In this document: positions 1-9,915 of the stretch, in pieces
How positions within the stretch are numbered: the first letter of the stretch is position 1
Layout: the number at the start of each line of letters is the position of its first letter
Assembly: GCA_947174385.1 (NCBI GenBank)
Contig: CAMWIU010000001.1
Location: 1 to 52,078 of the forward strand
Source of the DNA: an uncultured Treponema sp.
GTDB taxonomy: Bacteria > Spirochaetota > Spirochaetia > Treponematales > Treponemataceae
DNA: 52,078 nt
Direction: 5' to 3'
Program-made: the position numbers and the translations under genes
The notes under the pieces: generated by a model
Seen by the model: the letters and a program-made list of their open reading frames with translations, nothing else
Told to the model about the DNA's origin: nothing
Databases searched by the model: none

Positions 1-606
1 AAAACTTTTGTCGTAAAAAAGAAAAAAATTGGAAAACTGATTTTTCGCGGGGCGTCGACTTTTTTCATTTTACTCGCGCTCTTTTTCGCGACGAAATTTT
101 CGTTTGCAAAGTTCACGCAAATTCAAATCGAAAAAAAGCGCGTGGCTGTCGAACGAAATCTTTTGGCGAGCGCGGAATTGGTTTTGTACAAAATGCGCTA
201 TTCCGATATGCTCGTTGTGAAAAAGCGGCAAGGATTTTCGAGCGCGAAAAGTTTTGTGCGTTATTCGGGAATTCTACGCGCAGGAATTGAAGACATTTCC
301 CAAAGCGAAATTTTCGTTTCATCGGACGGAAAAAAACTTTTCGTAAAAATTCCTTCGTGCGTTTTGCTTGGGAACGAAATTTGCTCGCAGGAAATTTTTG
401 ACGAGCGGCAAGGATTTTTCACGAAAATCACAACGCAGGAAATTTTCACCGAAATCGACGAGGCGAAGAATAATGCCGCGCAGGAAATTCTTGCGGACGG
501 CCTTCTTTCCGATGCGGACGCTCGCGCCGCCTTGGTCATAAGGCAGCTGCTTTTGCCAATCGGATTCGAAGACGTTTTTGTAGAAAATTTGAAAACAGCG
601 TCATAA
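1..606 (+). CDS. DUF4230-like membrane-anchored protein (5' end outside the window)
   Basis: Frame appears open back to base 1 with a basic then hydrophobic N-terminal segment; YSGILRAGIED...LFVKIP and AALVIRQLLLPIGFEDVFV resemble DUF4230. Confidence 0.7.
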   Translation, partial: KTFVVKKKKIGKLIFRGASTFFILLALFFATKFSFAKFTQIQIEKKRVAVERNLLASAELVLYKMRYSDMLVVKKRQGFSSAKSFVRYSGILRAGIEDISQSEIFVSSDGKKLFVKIPSCVLLGNEICSQEIFDERQGFFTKITTQEIFTEIDEAKNNAAQEILADGLLSDADARAALVIRQLLLPIGFEDVFVENLKTAS

Positions 607-625
607 ATATTGCCGCTGTTTTCAA
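589..625. repeat. Palindromic repeat family D, copy 1
   Basis: TTGAAAACAGCG...CGCTGTTTTCAA inverted repeat overlapping the stop codon; similar to 27012-27049. Confidence 0.6.
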
Positions 626-812
626 TACGAGTTCGCGTTGCAAACTCGCTTATCCTTCTGCGATTTTTCGCTCCGCTGCAAAATCACGTTTTCAACAATT
701 CTCGAATCTGAAGATTCGTTCATTGTTGAAAATTTTAGAAAAATTCGATTGAACGCGATTTTTATGCAAGCCTTGCGGTTTGCATAAAAATCAATTGCCG
801 CTGAATTTAATT

Positions 813-1778
813 CTATTTATTATCTTTGCGCCTGTTGATTGTACCGAGCATTTGGTGCGCGGAATAATTGTACGGATAAACTTCAAGAGCCTTGTTGTAC
901 CATTCAATCGCATTGTTCCATTTTTTTTGCTTGAAGTAGCTATATCCAATGGCTGCGCTTATCAAAAGTCGCTCCTGTTTTTCTATGCGGATATATTTGT
1001 CATTCAAAATTTCGAGCATCTTTTTTCTGCCCGAGCGAACTTTTCCAATCGGCCAAGGCGCGTAGACATCCTGCGCCACCACCAAAAAATGCGCCGTGCC
1101 ATTCGAGTAATCCAAGTTCACGGCTTTCTTCGCATACGAGCGAACTTTGAGCGCGTTGCCCAAAATGTACGTCCAACTTTTCGCCGTGCAGTTTGCTGAA
1201 ATCGAATGCGAATAAATCGTGTAGGCATCGCTGCCTTCTCTGATTTTCAAAGCCGCCTGCGCGTATTCAATCGCTTTGTCGAAAGCCGCGCCGGCATTCG
1301 CGTTTTCCGAAACATCAGATTTTTTTTCAACATCTTTAAGGTTTTCAAATGAAGCCAAATCAAAAGTTTCGATGCAAGCGATGCCATAGTAATATTCCGC
1401 GCGCGCAAGGTGAACAAGACGCGCATATTCATCCTGGAATTTTTCGGCGGACGCAATCGCATCTTCGTGGAGTTTTCGACGCTGCCCCACAGAAGAAATT
1501 CCGTGGTTGTAATACAAATCCATGAACGTGATTTCTTCCGCCGTGTAAGGAACGTCGCGCTCGAAAGTTGACGGAAGCCGCTTTTCAATTTTGCCAGAAT
1601 TCTTTTCATCGGCTTCATCATCGGCCGCAAGCAATTCTTCCATTGATTGCCCTGCCAAATTCGCGCCAGAAAGAATTCGCTTTTTCAGCTCTTCCTCGGT
1701 TTCCGAAAAAGCCGCCGATGTCAAAAGCAAAATCGCCGTTACTAAAAAAACCTTTTTTGAAAAAATAACACTTGTCAT
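813..1778 (-). CDS. Secreted tetratricopeptide-repeat protein
   Basis: Signal peptide (KKVFLVTAILLLTSAAFS); TPR-like helices (AIGYSYFKQKKWNNAIEWYNKALEVYP); start could be 1778 or 1793. Confidence 0.75.
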   Translation of the reverse strand: MTSVIFSKKVFLVTAILLLTSAAFSETEEELKKRILSGANLAGQSMEELLAADDEADEKNSGKIEKRLPSTFERDVPYTAEEITFMDLYYNHGISSVGQRRKLHEDAIASAEKFQDEYARLVHLARAEYYYGIACIETFDLASFENLKDVEKKSDVSENANAGAAFDKAIEYAQAALKIREGSDAYTIYSHSISANCTAKSWTYILGNALKVRSYAKKAVNLDYSNGTAHFLVVAQDVYAPWPIGKVRSGRKKMLEILNDKYIRIEKQERLLISAAIGYSYFKQKKWNNAIEWYNKALEVYPYNYSAHQMLGTINRRKDNK

Positions 1779-1874
1779 ACAACGCCTTGTCAAAAAACAG
1801 TTTGACTTATTTTGAATTTTCGACTAATATATAGCAAACTCAAATTTTTTTCAAGTGTTTTCAGGCGAGGAAAA

Positions 1875-2873
1875 ATGCAGATAAAACTTGATTCGTTGAA
1901 AAAGTCTTACGACTCCCCCCTTGGGCAGAAAGTTTGCGCCGTACAAGAAATCAGTTTGGAAATTCCTTCAAACACGATTTACGGAATCATCGGAAAAAGC
2001 GGCGCGGGAAAATCCACGCTGGTTCGCCTTATAAGCCTGCTTGAGCGTCCAGACGAAGGAAGCGTTTTTTACGACAGCCGCCGCGTTGACAATCTTTCCA
2101 AGCAAGATTTGATTGAACAACATCGCCGCACGGGAATGATTTTCCAAAATTTCAATTTGTTCAGTTCGAGGACGGCCGCGCAAAACATCGCGTATCCGCT
2201 TGAAATTTGCAAGACTGAAAAAACGAGAATCAAAGCTCGCGTCGAAGAACTGCTCGAACTTGTCGGGCTTGCAGGACGAGGCGATGCGAGAATCAGCACG
2301 TTGAGCGGCGGACAAAAACAGCGCGTGGCGATTGCGCGCGCGCTCGCAAATTATCCCGACATCCTTTTTTGCGACGAAGCCACAAGCGCGCTTGATCCGC
2401 ATACCACTCGTTCGATTTTGGATTTGATTCGCGACATTCAGAAAAAAATGAATTTGACCGTGGTAATGATAACGCATCAAATGGAAGTCGTCCGCGACGT
2501 TTGCTCGCTCGTGAGCGTGCTCGACGAAGGGCGCGTCGTGGAAGAAGGAAGCGTCGAAGAAATTTTCACGCGCCCGAAAGCCGCCATCACGAAAGAATTC
2601 ATGTCGAACATTCGCGCCGAAAATTTCGTGCGATGGTCGCACAAAAGCGGCAGCTACATTTTGCGTTTTTCGGGAAACGCGCCCGACGAGCCTTTGATAA
2701 ATTCACTGATAAAAAAATTCGACGTTGAAGTAAACATTTTCGGCGGCGGCATTCAGAAAATTCAGGATGCGAAAGTCGGCGTGCTCAATGCGGACATAAG
2801 CGGCAGCGATTTGGAAAATGCGATTGCGTTTTTAAAAGACAATGGAGTCGCAGTGGAAAAAAGCAGCGTTTGA
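1875..2873 (+). CDS. metN: Methionine ABC transporter ATP-binding protein
   Basis: Walker A GKSGAGKS, LSGGQKQRVAIARAL, CDEATSALDP, C-terminal NIL-like domain; GAGG SD before ATG 1875. Confidence 0.93.
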   Translation: MQIKLDSLKKSYDSPLGQKVCAVQEISLEIPSNTIYGIIGKSGAGKSTLVRLISLLERPDEGSVFYDSRRVDNLSKQDLIEQHRRTGMIFQNFNLFSSRTAAQNIAYPLEICKTEKTRIKARVEELLELVGLAGRGDARISTLSGGQKQRVAIARALANYPDILFCDEATSALDPHTTRSILDLIRDIQKKMNLTVVMITHQMEVVRDVCSLVSVLDEGRVVEEGSVEEIFTRPKAAITKEFMSNIRAENFVRWSHKSGSYILRFSGNAPDEPLINSLIKKFDVEVNIFGGGIQKIQDAKVGVLNADISGSDLENAIAFLKDNGVAVEKSSV

Positions 2874-2916
2874 AACGCGCGGCGAAAATTTTAGGACAAT
2901 TTTTTTTGGAGAAATT

Positions 2917-3567
2917 ATGCAAATATTTTTACTTGTCGGAAAGGCAACGCTTCAAACTTTGGAAATGGTTTTTCTTTCCACGATTTTTTCAAGCATTTTG
3001 GGATTTCCGCTCGGCGTGCTTTTGTGCATGACAAATCCCACGGGCATCACTCCGCGCCCCGTGCTCAATCAGATTGCGAGCCGAATCGTCAACGTGCTGC
3101 GCTCGTTTCCATTTATAATTTTGATGATTTTGCTTTTTCCGCTTTCGCGCCTGATTTTGGGAACGAGCATCGGCACGACAGCTACAATCGTTCCGCTTTC
3201 GATTGCGGCCGCTCCGTTCGTTGCGCGAATCATCGAGACTGCGCTCAACGAAGTGAGTCCCGAAGTGGTGCAAGCCGCGCGCGCGATGGGAAGCACGAAC
3301 TCGCAAATTATTTGGAAAGTCCTAGTGCCCGAAGCGATGCCTTCGATTGTGTCGGGCATCACGCTTACGATAATAAATTTGATTGGATATTCGGCGATGG
3401 CGGGCGCGATTGGCGGAGGCGGCTTGGGCGACTTGGCGATTCGCTACGGCTACCAACGTTTTCGCACGGACGTTATGTTTTGGTCGGTGATAGTGATTTT
3501 GGTTTTGGTGGAATTGATTCAATTCATCGGAACGCGAATCGTAAACAAAATGCTGAAAAATCGCTAA
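2917..3567 (+). CDS. metI: Methionine ABC transporter permease
   Basis: RSFPFIIL, AARAMGS, GAIGGGGLGDLAIRYGYQRF; GGAG SD. Confidence 0.93.
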   Translation: MQIFLLVGKATLQTLEMVFLSTIFSSILGFPLGVLLCMTNPTGITPRPVLNQIASRIVNVLRSFPFIILMILLFPLSRLILGTSIGTTATIVPLSIAAAPFVARIIETALNEVSPEVVQAARAMGSTNSQIIWKVLVPEAMPSIVSGITLTIINLIGYSAMAGAIGGGGLGDLAIRYGYQRFRTDVMFWSVIVILVLVELIQFIGTRIVNKMLKNR

Positions 3568-3672
3568 GCCGAAAATATTTTCAGATTGTGCTTCAAGTGC
3601 CGAAGTCGCGCCGCTTTTGAAAAGCGCGCTCGAATCGCGTCGAAAAAATCTGTAAAAAAATTTGTGAAGCAC

Positions 3673-3702
3673 TTGACAAAATTTGAATTATTTGTTTATA
3701 AT
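3673..3702 (+). promoter_or_regulatory. Sigma70 promoter of metQ
   Basis: TTGACA-18 nt-TATAAT, consensus hexamers. Confidence 0.8.
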
Positions 3703-3759
3703 ATTGCATATATTCCCACTAGGAAATATAGGAATTGTTTTTCATAAAAGGAGTTTAAT

Positions 3760-4563
3760 ATGAAAATTGCAAAGAAAATTTTTGTGGTACTTCTCGCACT
3801 GTCTGCCATTTTCGGCGCGAGTTGCAAAAACAAGAAAGCCAACGATACGCTTGTGATTGGAGCAACGCCAGTTCCGCATGTCCAGTTGCTCGAACTTGTC
3901 AAGGACGACTTGGCGGCTCAAGGCGTAAAGCTTGAAATCCGCGAAATGACTGACTATGTTATTTTGAACGACGCTTTGGAGCAAGGCGAACTTTTTGCGA
4001 ATTTCGACCAGCACATTCCGTACCTTGAATCCACGAACGCGGACAAAGGCTACCATTTGGCAAATGCCGGCGGAATCCACATCGAACCGTTCGCGCTTTA
4101 TTCAAAGAAATACGCTTCGCTCGAAGCGATTCCGGAAAAAGCGAAAATCGCGATTCCGAACGATCCGACCAACGGCGGCCGCGCGCTTTTGCTCTTGCAG
4201 TCGGCTGGCTTGATTAAGCTTAATCCGAAAGCGGGAATCACTGCCACCCCGCTTGACATTCAGGAAAACCCGAAAAACTTTCATTTCGTAGAAGCCGATG
4301 CCGCTTCCCTCCCCCGCACACTCAACGATGTGGATGCTGCGGCAATCAACGGAAACTATGCTTTGCCGGCTGGCTTGAGCGCGAAAAAAGACGGCCTCTT
4401 TGTAGAAGGCGCGGATTCGCCTTACGTAAATGTCATCGCAGTGAAAAAAGGCAACGAAACCGACCCGCGCATCGTGGCGTTGGTGAAAGCGTTGCAAAGC
4501 CAAAAAGTCCGCGATTGGATTTCCGAGACTTACCCGAATGGCGAAGTCGTGGCGGCATTCTAA
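3760..4563 (+). CDS. metQ: Methionine ABC transporter substrate-binding lipoprotein (MetQ/NlpA)
   Basis: Lipobox GASC; GATPVPH, QHIPYL, IPNDPTNGGRALLLL, SPYVNVIAV; AAGGAG SD. Confidence 0.93.
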   Translation: MKIAKKIFVVLLALSAIFGASCKNKKANDTLVIGATPVPHVQLLELVKDDLAAQGVKLEIREMTDYVILNDALEQGELFANFDQHIPYLESTNADKGYHLANAGGIHIEPFALYSKKYASLEAIPEKAKIAIPNDPTNGGRALLLLQSAGLIKLNPKAGITATPLDIQENPKNFHFVEADAASLPRTLNDVDAAAINGNYALPAGLSAKKDGLFVEGADSPYVNVIAVKKGNETDPRIVALVKALQSQKVRDWISETYPNGEVVAAF

Positions 4564-4617
4564 TTTTATCGATTTTATCAAATGAAAAAACTCTGCGATA
4601 TGATTTCGCCGGGATTA

Positions 4618-4648
4618 AAAAAAACGCGCCATTTCGGCGCGTTTTTTT
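4618..4648 (+). terminator. Intrinsic terminator after metQ
   Basis: AAAAAAACGCGCC-ATTTC-GGCGCGTTTTTTT. Confidence 0.75.
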
Positions 4649-4732
4649 ATTGCGAGTAAAAAGCATCGCAAAATGGCGCGTTTCGTCTTTGCGATGCTTT
4701 TCTTTTTTCCCATCTTGTGTTATATTTTCAAA

Positions 4733-5881
4733 ATGAAATTCAAACCAAAAATTTTCGTGCCGATTTTTCTTCTCGTGGCACTCGGCGGATATTTTTTTTA
4801 TTCTGAATTCGCGTCCGCGAAAATTCAAGAAATTCCGTATTCGGAATTTTTCAAAAATGTCGAAGAAAAGAAAATTTCCTCGGCGGAAATTTCCGAAAGC
4901 GAAATTATTTTTACTGATTCGCTCGGAAAAAAATTTAAAACGAAAAATCCTGAATCGCCTTTACTGAATGAATTTCTTTTAAAGAACGATGTCGATGTGA
5001 AAACGCAAAAAAATTTTTCGCAAATTGTTTCGCTTGTGCTGGACATAATTTTCTACGCAATTTTTTTTGGCGCGGCGATTTTCGCATTTCGAAAATTCAT
5101 CTCGCCAAATTCTTTCAAAGTTGTTCGTCGCACTGGCGTGAAATTCAGCGACGTAATCGGAATGGATTCTCTCAAGCGCGACACAGTTCAAATTATGCAA
5201 ATTATGAAATCGCCCGAAAAATTCGCAAAGCGCGGAATCCGAATGCCGAAAGGGATTTTGCTTGAAGGCGCGCCCGGAAACGGCAAGACACTTTTTGCGC
5301 GCGCTTTGGCCGGCGAAGCAAGCGTGAATTTCATTCCTGCAAAGGCCACGGATTTTGAAAGCATGTTCATGGCGATTGGACCTGCGAAAGTGAAAATGCT
5401 TTTTCGCAAGGCGCGGCGTTGCGCTCCGTGCATAGTTTTCATCGACGAGTTCGACGGAATAGGAACGCGCAGAAATTATTCTGGAAGCGCGATCGAAACT
5501 GAAAACACGAGAATCGTCACCGCGCTTTTGAACGAGCTCGACGGATTTGAAACGAACTCGGGCGTTCTTGTGATTGCCGCCACGAACAGCGTTCGCGCGC
5601 TCGACGAGGCTTTAATTCGGCCGGGCAGATTTGACGCGATTTTTTCCGTTCCATTTCCTGATGAAACATCTCGCGAAGAATTGGTGAAAAAATATTCCGC
5701 AAAAAAAAATCCGTCCGCCGAATGCACGGCACAAAAATTGGCGGCAATGTTCAACGGATTTTCGTGCGCAAAAATCGAAAGCGTTTTAAACAAGGCGGCT
5801 TTGATTGCCGCGCAAAATTCCCGCGAAGAATTTTCGCTTGACGATGTGCGCTCGGCAATTTCAGCTTTGGCTCGAGGATGA
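4733..5881 (+). CDS. FtsH-like membrane AAA+ ATPase lacking the M41 protease domain
   Basis: TM-extracellular-TM architecture, Walker A GAPGNGKT, Walker B IVFIDE, ALIRPGRFD; ends after the AAA lid, no HEXXH. Confidence 0.8.
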   Translation: MKFKPKIFVPIFLLVALGGYFFYSEFASAKIQEIPYSEFFKNVEEKKISSAEISESEIIFTDSLGKKFKTKNPESPLLNEFLLKNDVDVKTQKNFSQIVSLVLDIIFYAIFFGAAIFAFRKFISPNSFKVVRRTGVKFSDVIGMDSLKRDTVQIMQIMKSPEKFAKRGIRMPKGILLEGAPGNGKTLFARALAGEASVNFIPAKATDFESMFMAIGPAKVKMLFRKARRCAPCIVFIDEFDGIGTRRNYSGSAIETENTRIVTALLNELDGFETNSGVLVIAATNSVRALDEALIRPGRFDAIFSVPFPDETSREELVKKYSAKKNPSAECTAQKLAAMFNGFSCAKIESVLNKAALIAAQNSREEFSLDDVRSAISALARG

Positions 5882-6816
5882 AAATGTCGCAAGAAAAACA
5901 TCGCGCCAAAAATAATCGAACTCTCACGCTTTCCGAAAACGAAAAAAAATTTTATGCCGAACAAATCGTTCAAGAATTGCGACAATTTTCTGCGAAAGAA
6001 ATTTTGGACAAAATAATTTGCGCCGATTTATTTTCCGCGATGGAATTTCTTCCTGAAAAATTTGTAGATCTTTTGATAATCGATCCGCCGTACAATTTAA
6101 CAAAAAATTTCGGCGCGATGAAATTTTCCAAAATCAGCGATTCTTCGTACTGCGAATATTTGGAATCGTGGCTTCCAAAAATTTTGCGCGTTCTCAAACC
6201 AACGGCGAGCGTCTACGTTTGCTGCGATTGGCAAAGCAGCGCGGATTTGTATTTCGTCCTCAAAAAATATTTGCGCGTGCGAAATCGAATCACTTGGCAG
6301 CGCGAAAAAGGGAGGGGCGCAAAAAGCAATTGGAAAAATTCTTGCGAGGACATTTTTTTTGCGACGGCGAGCGACGAATATTTTTTTGATGTGGATGCCG
6401 TGAAATTGAAACGAGCCGTGCTCGCACCGTACAGACAAAACGGAATGCCAAAAGATTGGAATGAAAGCGACGGAAAAAAATTCCGCATGACGCATCCTGG
6501 AAATTTCTGGGACGACATTTCAATTCCGTTTTGGTCGATGCCGGAAAACACCGATCATCCCACGCAAAAAAGCGAAAAGCTTTTTGCCAAATTGATTTTG
6601 GCAAGTTCGCCCGTGGACGCAGTTGTGTTCGATCCATTTTTGGGTTCTGGAACAAGCGCGGTGGTGGCAAAAAAACTCGGCCGCCATTTTTGTGGCATCG
6701 AAAAAAATTTGGAATATTGTCTTTGGGCGCAAAAACGCCTCGACTTGGCAGAACACGAAAAAAAAATCCAAGGCTACGAAGACGGCGTTTTTTGGGAACG
6801 AAATTCCGGAAAGTAA
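5878..6816 (+). CDS. Orphan beta-class amino (m6A/m4C) DNA methyltransferase
   Basis: DPPY catalytic motif before HPTQK and FDPFLGSG SAM-binding motif; ATGA overlap with the upstream gene. Confidence 0.88.
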   Translation: MKMSQEKHRAKNNRTLTLSENEKKFYAEQIVQELRQFSAKEILDKIICADLFSAMEFLPEKFVDLLIIDPPYNLTKNFGAMKFSKISDSSYCEYLESWLPKILRVLKPTASVYVCCDWQSSADLYFVLKKYLRVRNRITWQREKGRGAKSNWKNSCEDIFFATASDEYFFDVDAVKLKRAVLAPYRQNGMPKDWNESDGKKFRMTHPGNFWDDISIPFWSMPENTDHPTQKSEKLFAKLILASSPVDAVVFDPFLGSGTSAVVAKKLGRHFCGIEKNLEYCLWAQKRLDLAEHEKKIQGYEDGVFWERNSGK

Positions 6817-6958
6817 AATCATTCGCAAAAAGGCTCACGGCGTTCCAAAAAAGGCGGCATTTGAAAATGCGCTTTGTAAAATCTTGCGCGGACGTTTCAC
6901 AAAGCGCGGCACAATTTGCCAAAAATGTGGCATTTTTTTCAATACTCTTTCCGAGCGA

Positions 6959-6987
6959 TTGACACGCGCGAATATATATTGTAGACT
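6959..6987 (+). promoter_or_regulatory. Sigma70 promoter of the repeat lipoprotein gene
   Basis: TTGACA-17 nt-TAGACT, then GGAGG SD before ATG 7028. Confidence 0.7.
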
Positions 6988-7027
6988 TAAAATAACTTTT
7001 AAAAACATTTTTCATTTGGAGGAAAAA

Positions 7028-9902
7028 ATGAAAAACCTATTCGCCTGTATGGGGGGGGGTATTAACAGCTCTTGTTTTTTTAGCTGCCTTGTCATTCTTT
7101 TCGTGCGCTAACAGCGCAGGCTCTGGCTCAGAAGGAAACCCGCAAGATAGCCAATCTAAGATAGACCATTCACTTGGAGAAGAGCTTCCGGAAGATTTGA
7201 AGATTCCGGAAACTGGCAGTTCCGAAAATGAAAATTTCTCCGCAGAAGAAAACGCGGAAGGCATATTCATAACGTTCTCCATTCCTGAAAACACTAACGC
7301 TTACGAACTGTACATCGAAGGAATCGGGCTAGTCACCGAAAACTATGACGTGAGAAATAAGACCGAAGATGACTTTTTCTATCCTTTTCTTACCCCCGAC
7401 AAAGATTATACAATTCGCGTCAAGTTTTTGAAAGAAGAGGTTGAAAAAGACGGATGGAATTTTGGTCGTCCTGAAAACGGAATAATCGGCTATTTTGATG
7501 TGACGGCAAAGGCAGGGTCGCAAAGCAAAGGCGAAGTATCTCTTATACACAAAGGACAAATAGACGTAAAGAAAAACGGCGAATTCAGATTCACGAAAAA
7601 ACCCACATTCCAAAACGAAGATTTGCTTAGCGAAAACGGCAACAAATGGGAAGTAGAGATTGGACTGGTGGAAGGAATTTCTTGGGAGCACGACGCAGAA
7701 CGCAGGACGAAATGGCACACCATGCAAGAAACGATTCCAATCAATAATATTTACGATCCAATCGATTTGTATGAAGACCAAGAAAAAGAGAAAACTGAAT
7801 ACAGCATAGACTTTATCTGCGTCCGCCCGATTCTGAACTACGAATATAAAGACAAGACATACAAATATCAATGGGATAGTTTCGTAAGAGACATTTATTA
7901 TCCGCCAATAGCGAATTCCGACCTTATCAACGGAATATATGTGGAATACCCCGTCCTTCCAGAAAAATCATATTCTCGATGCGACGTGTACATTGACGGA
8001 ATAGGCAAAGTGGCAGAAATGAAAGACGATTCAATAAATTTTTTGGATAGCAGCAAAACATATGCCAGTTTCTTTTATCCTTTCGTTGAACCAGGCAAGA
8101 AATACACAGTCCGCTTTTCATTCAAACGACCTGAACTTAAGGACAGCGAAGATTTCACCATTCCTACGCCGAACGAGACAATCCGTGAAGATTCATACAC
8201 AGTAACAGTGGGCGCAAAAAGCAAGGGCGAGGTGCTTCTCAAATCCAAAGGCAAGGTAGACGCGGCAAGCACAAAACAAGGCAATTTCAAATTCACGGAA
8301 AAGCCCAAATTCCAAAACGAGGAACTACTTGGCAACGACTGGATGATTGAACTAGGATTGATGGAAGGCATTTCTTGGGAACACGGAGACGAGCGCAGGA
8401 CGAAATGGCATTGCACAGTTCAAATTCCAAAAGACAAACTCGACGCGGAAACAAATTTATATAAACAAGGAGCTAAAGAAAGCGACAGCATCGACTGCAT
8501 CTGCGTCCGCCCGATTCTTTTGAACTATGAATATAAAGGCAAAAAATACAGCTATCAATGGGATGGCTTTGTTCACGATGTCTATTATCCGCTGAGAAAT
8601 CCCGATGGAATATATGTGGAACTCGACCTCCCGAAACAACCCTTCTCAAGATGCGATGTAACAATCGACGGAATAGAAAAAGTGGCGGAAGAAGTAAAGC
8701 CGCTCGAAGGAAATCCTGCCCGAGCCAGCTTCTTTTATCCTTTCGTTGAGCCAAACAAAGAATACACGATTCACTTTTCATTCAAAAAGCTCGAACCCGT
8801 GGACAGCGAAGGCTTCACACTTCCTACTCCGGGAAACGACACGCTCTCCGAAGTGAAAATGAACGTAACGGCAGGAGCGAGGTCAAAGGGCGAAGTGCGC
8901 CTGCCATGGGAAAATGTTGGATATCTAAAAGCAGATCCCGATTGCAATATAATACATTTTAAGAAACCCGAATTTGAGAACGAACACCTGCTCGGCAACG
9001 ACTGGATGATAGAAATAGGACTGATGGAAGGAGTTTCTTGGAATCACGGTGAAGAACGCAGAACAAAATGGCATTGCGCAGTCAAGATTCTTCCGAACGA
9101 CATCAATGTAACTTCCAAAAATTTGCGCGATTTACCTTTAGCCCCAGGATACGATGGATGTCCCACACATAATGAGCACGATATAGACTGCATCTGTGTC
9201 CGCCCGATTATGTACTATAAATATGATGGCAAAACATATAAATATCATTGGGACGGCTATGCATCAGATGTTCATTATCCTTTGAACGCAGACTTTGAAG
9301 AAATCGATATAAACGATCCTGCCGACATTGCGAAAATCAAAGGAACGTGGACACAAAGCGGTGAATGGGATGAGACAGAACATTTTCTCGCCAAAGTTCA
9401 CGGAGTTTATAATGAAACGCTGGTCATTGACGATGCCAACGTAAAAACCAGTTATTCTTATACATATACAAAACTTAACGGCAGCGCATTCACCAAAGAG
9501 GAATTAGCTGACATGGTAGATCCAGAACCTTATCTTGCCCCCATTCCTTCGTCAGAAATTGATGCATTTGAAAATGAACTTACCAAAGACGAAAAAATCC
9601 TGAAGTTTGAAAAACACCTTGTTTATTATGAACAAGAACAACCGTACTATCAGTATTATATTTACAAACTTGATGAACATAATACTCTTTCCAATAATGG
9701 CAAAACGCTAACCACAAAAGATGATAGCGAGAGTCCACTTTCTATGCGTTTTGGAGATTATGATTATAGCGGAGATGACCAACAATATACCCGACATTAC
9801 CAATTGAAACTTTTTCAAGACGGGAAACAACTGCAAGTACTCACCTATGGTACAGATGAAGAAGGTTATTATGAATGGACTGACATCTACCAAAAGCAAT
9901 AG
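7028..9902 (+). CDS. Large repeat lipoprotein, frameshifted at a G9 tract (probably phase-variable, OFF in this sequence)
   Basis: The ATG 7028 frame stops at 7111; removing one G from 7051-7059 joins it to the 937-aa ORF and gives MKNLFACMGGVLTALVFLAALSFFSC (lipobox); three ~225-aa repeats. Confidence 0.8.
7051..7059 (+). repeat. G9 homopolymer in the signal-peptide coding region
   Basis: ...TGTAT GGGGGGGGG TATTAAC... Confidence 0.9.
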
Positions 9903-9915
9903 CCTGTAAAAGTGC

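Noticed and set aside
7260-9284. Possible DGR template/variable repeats or CRISPR-like array
   Set aside because: Repeats are in-frame protein domains; no adenine-specific pattern was evident, no reverse transcriptase, no repeat-spacer periodicity
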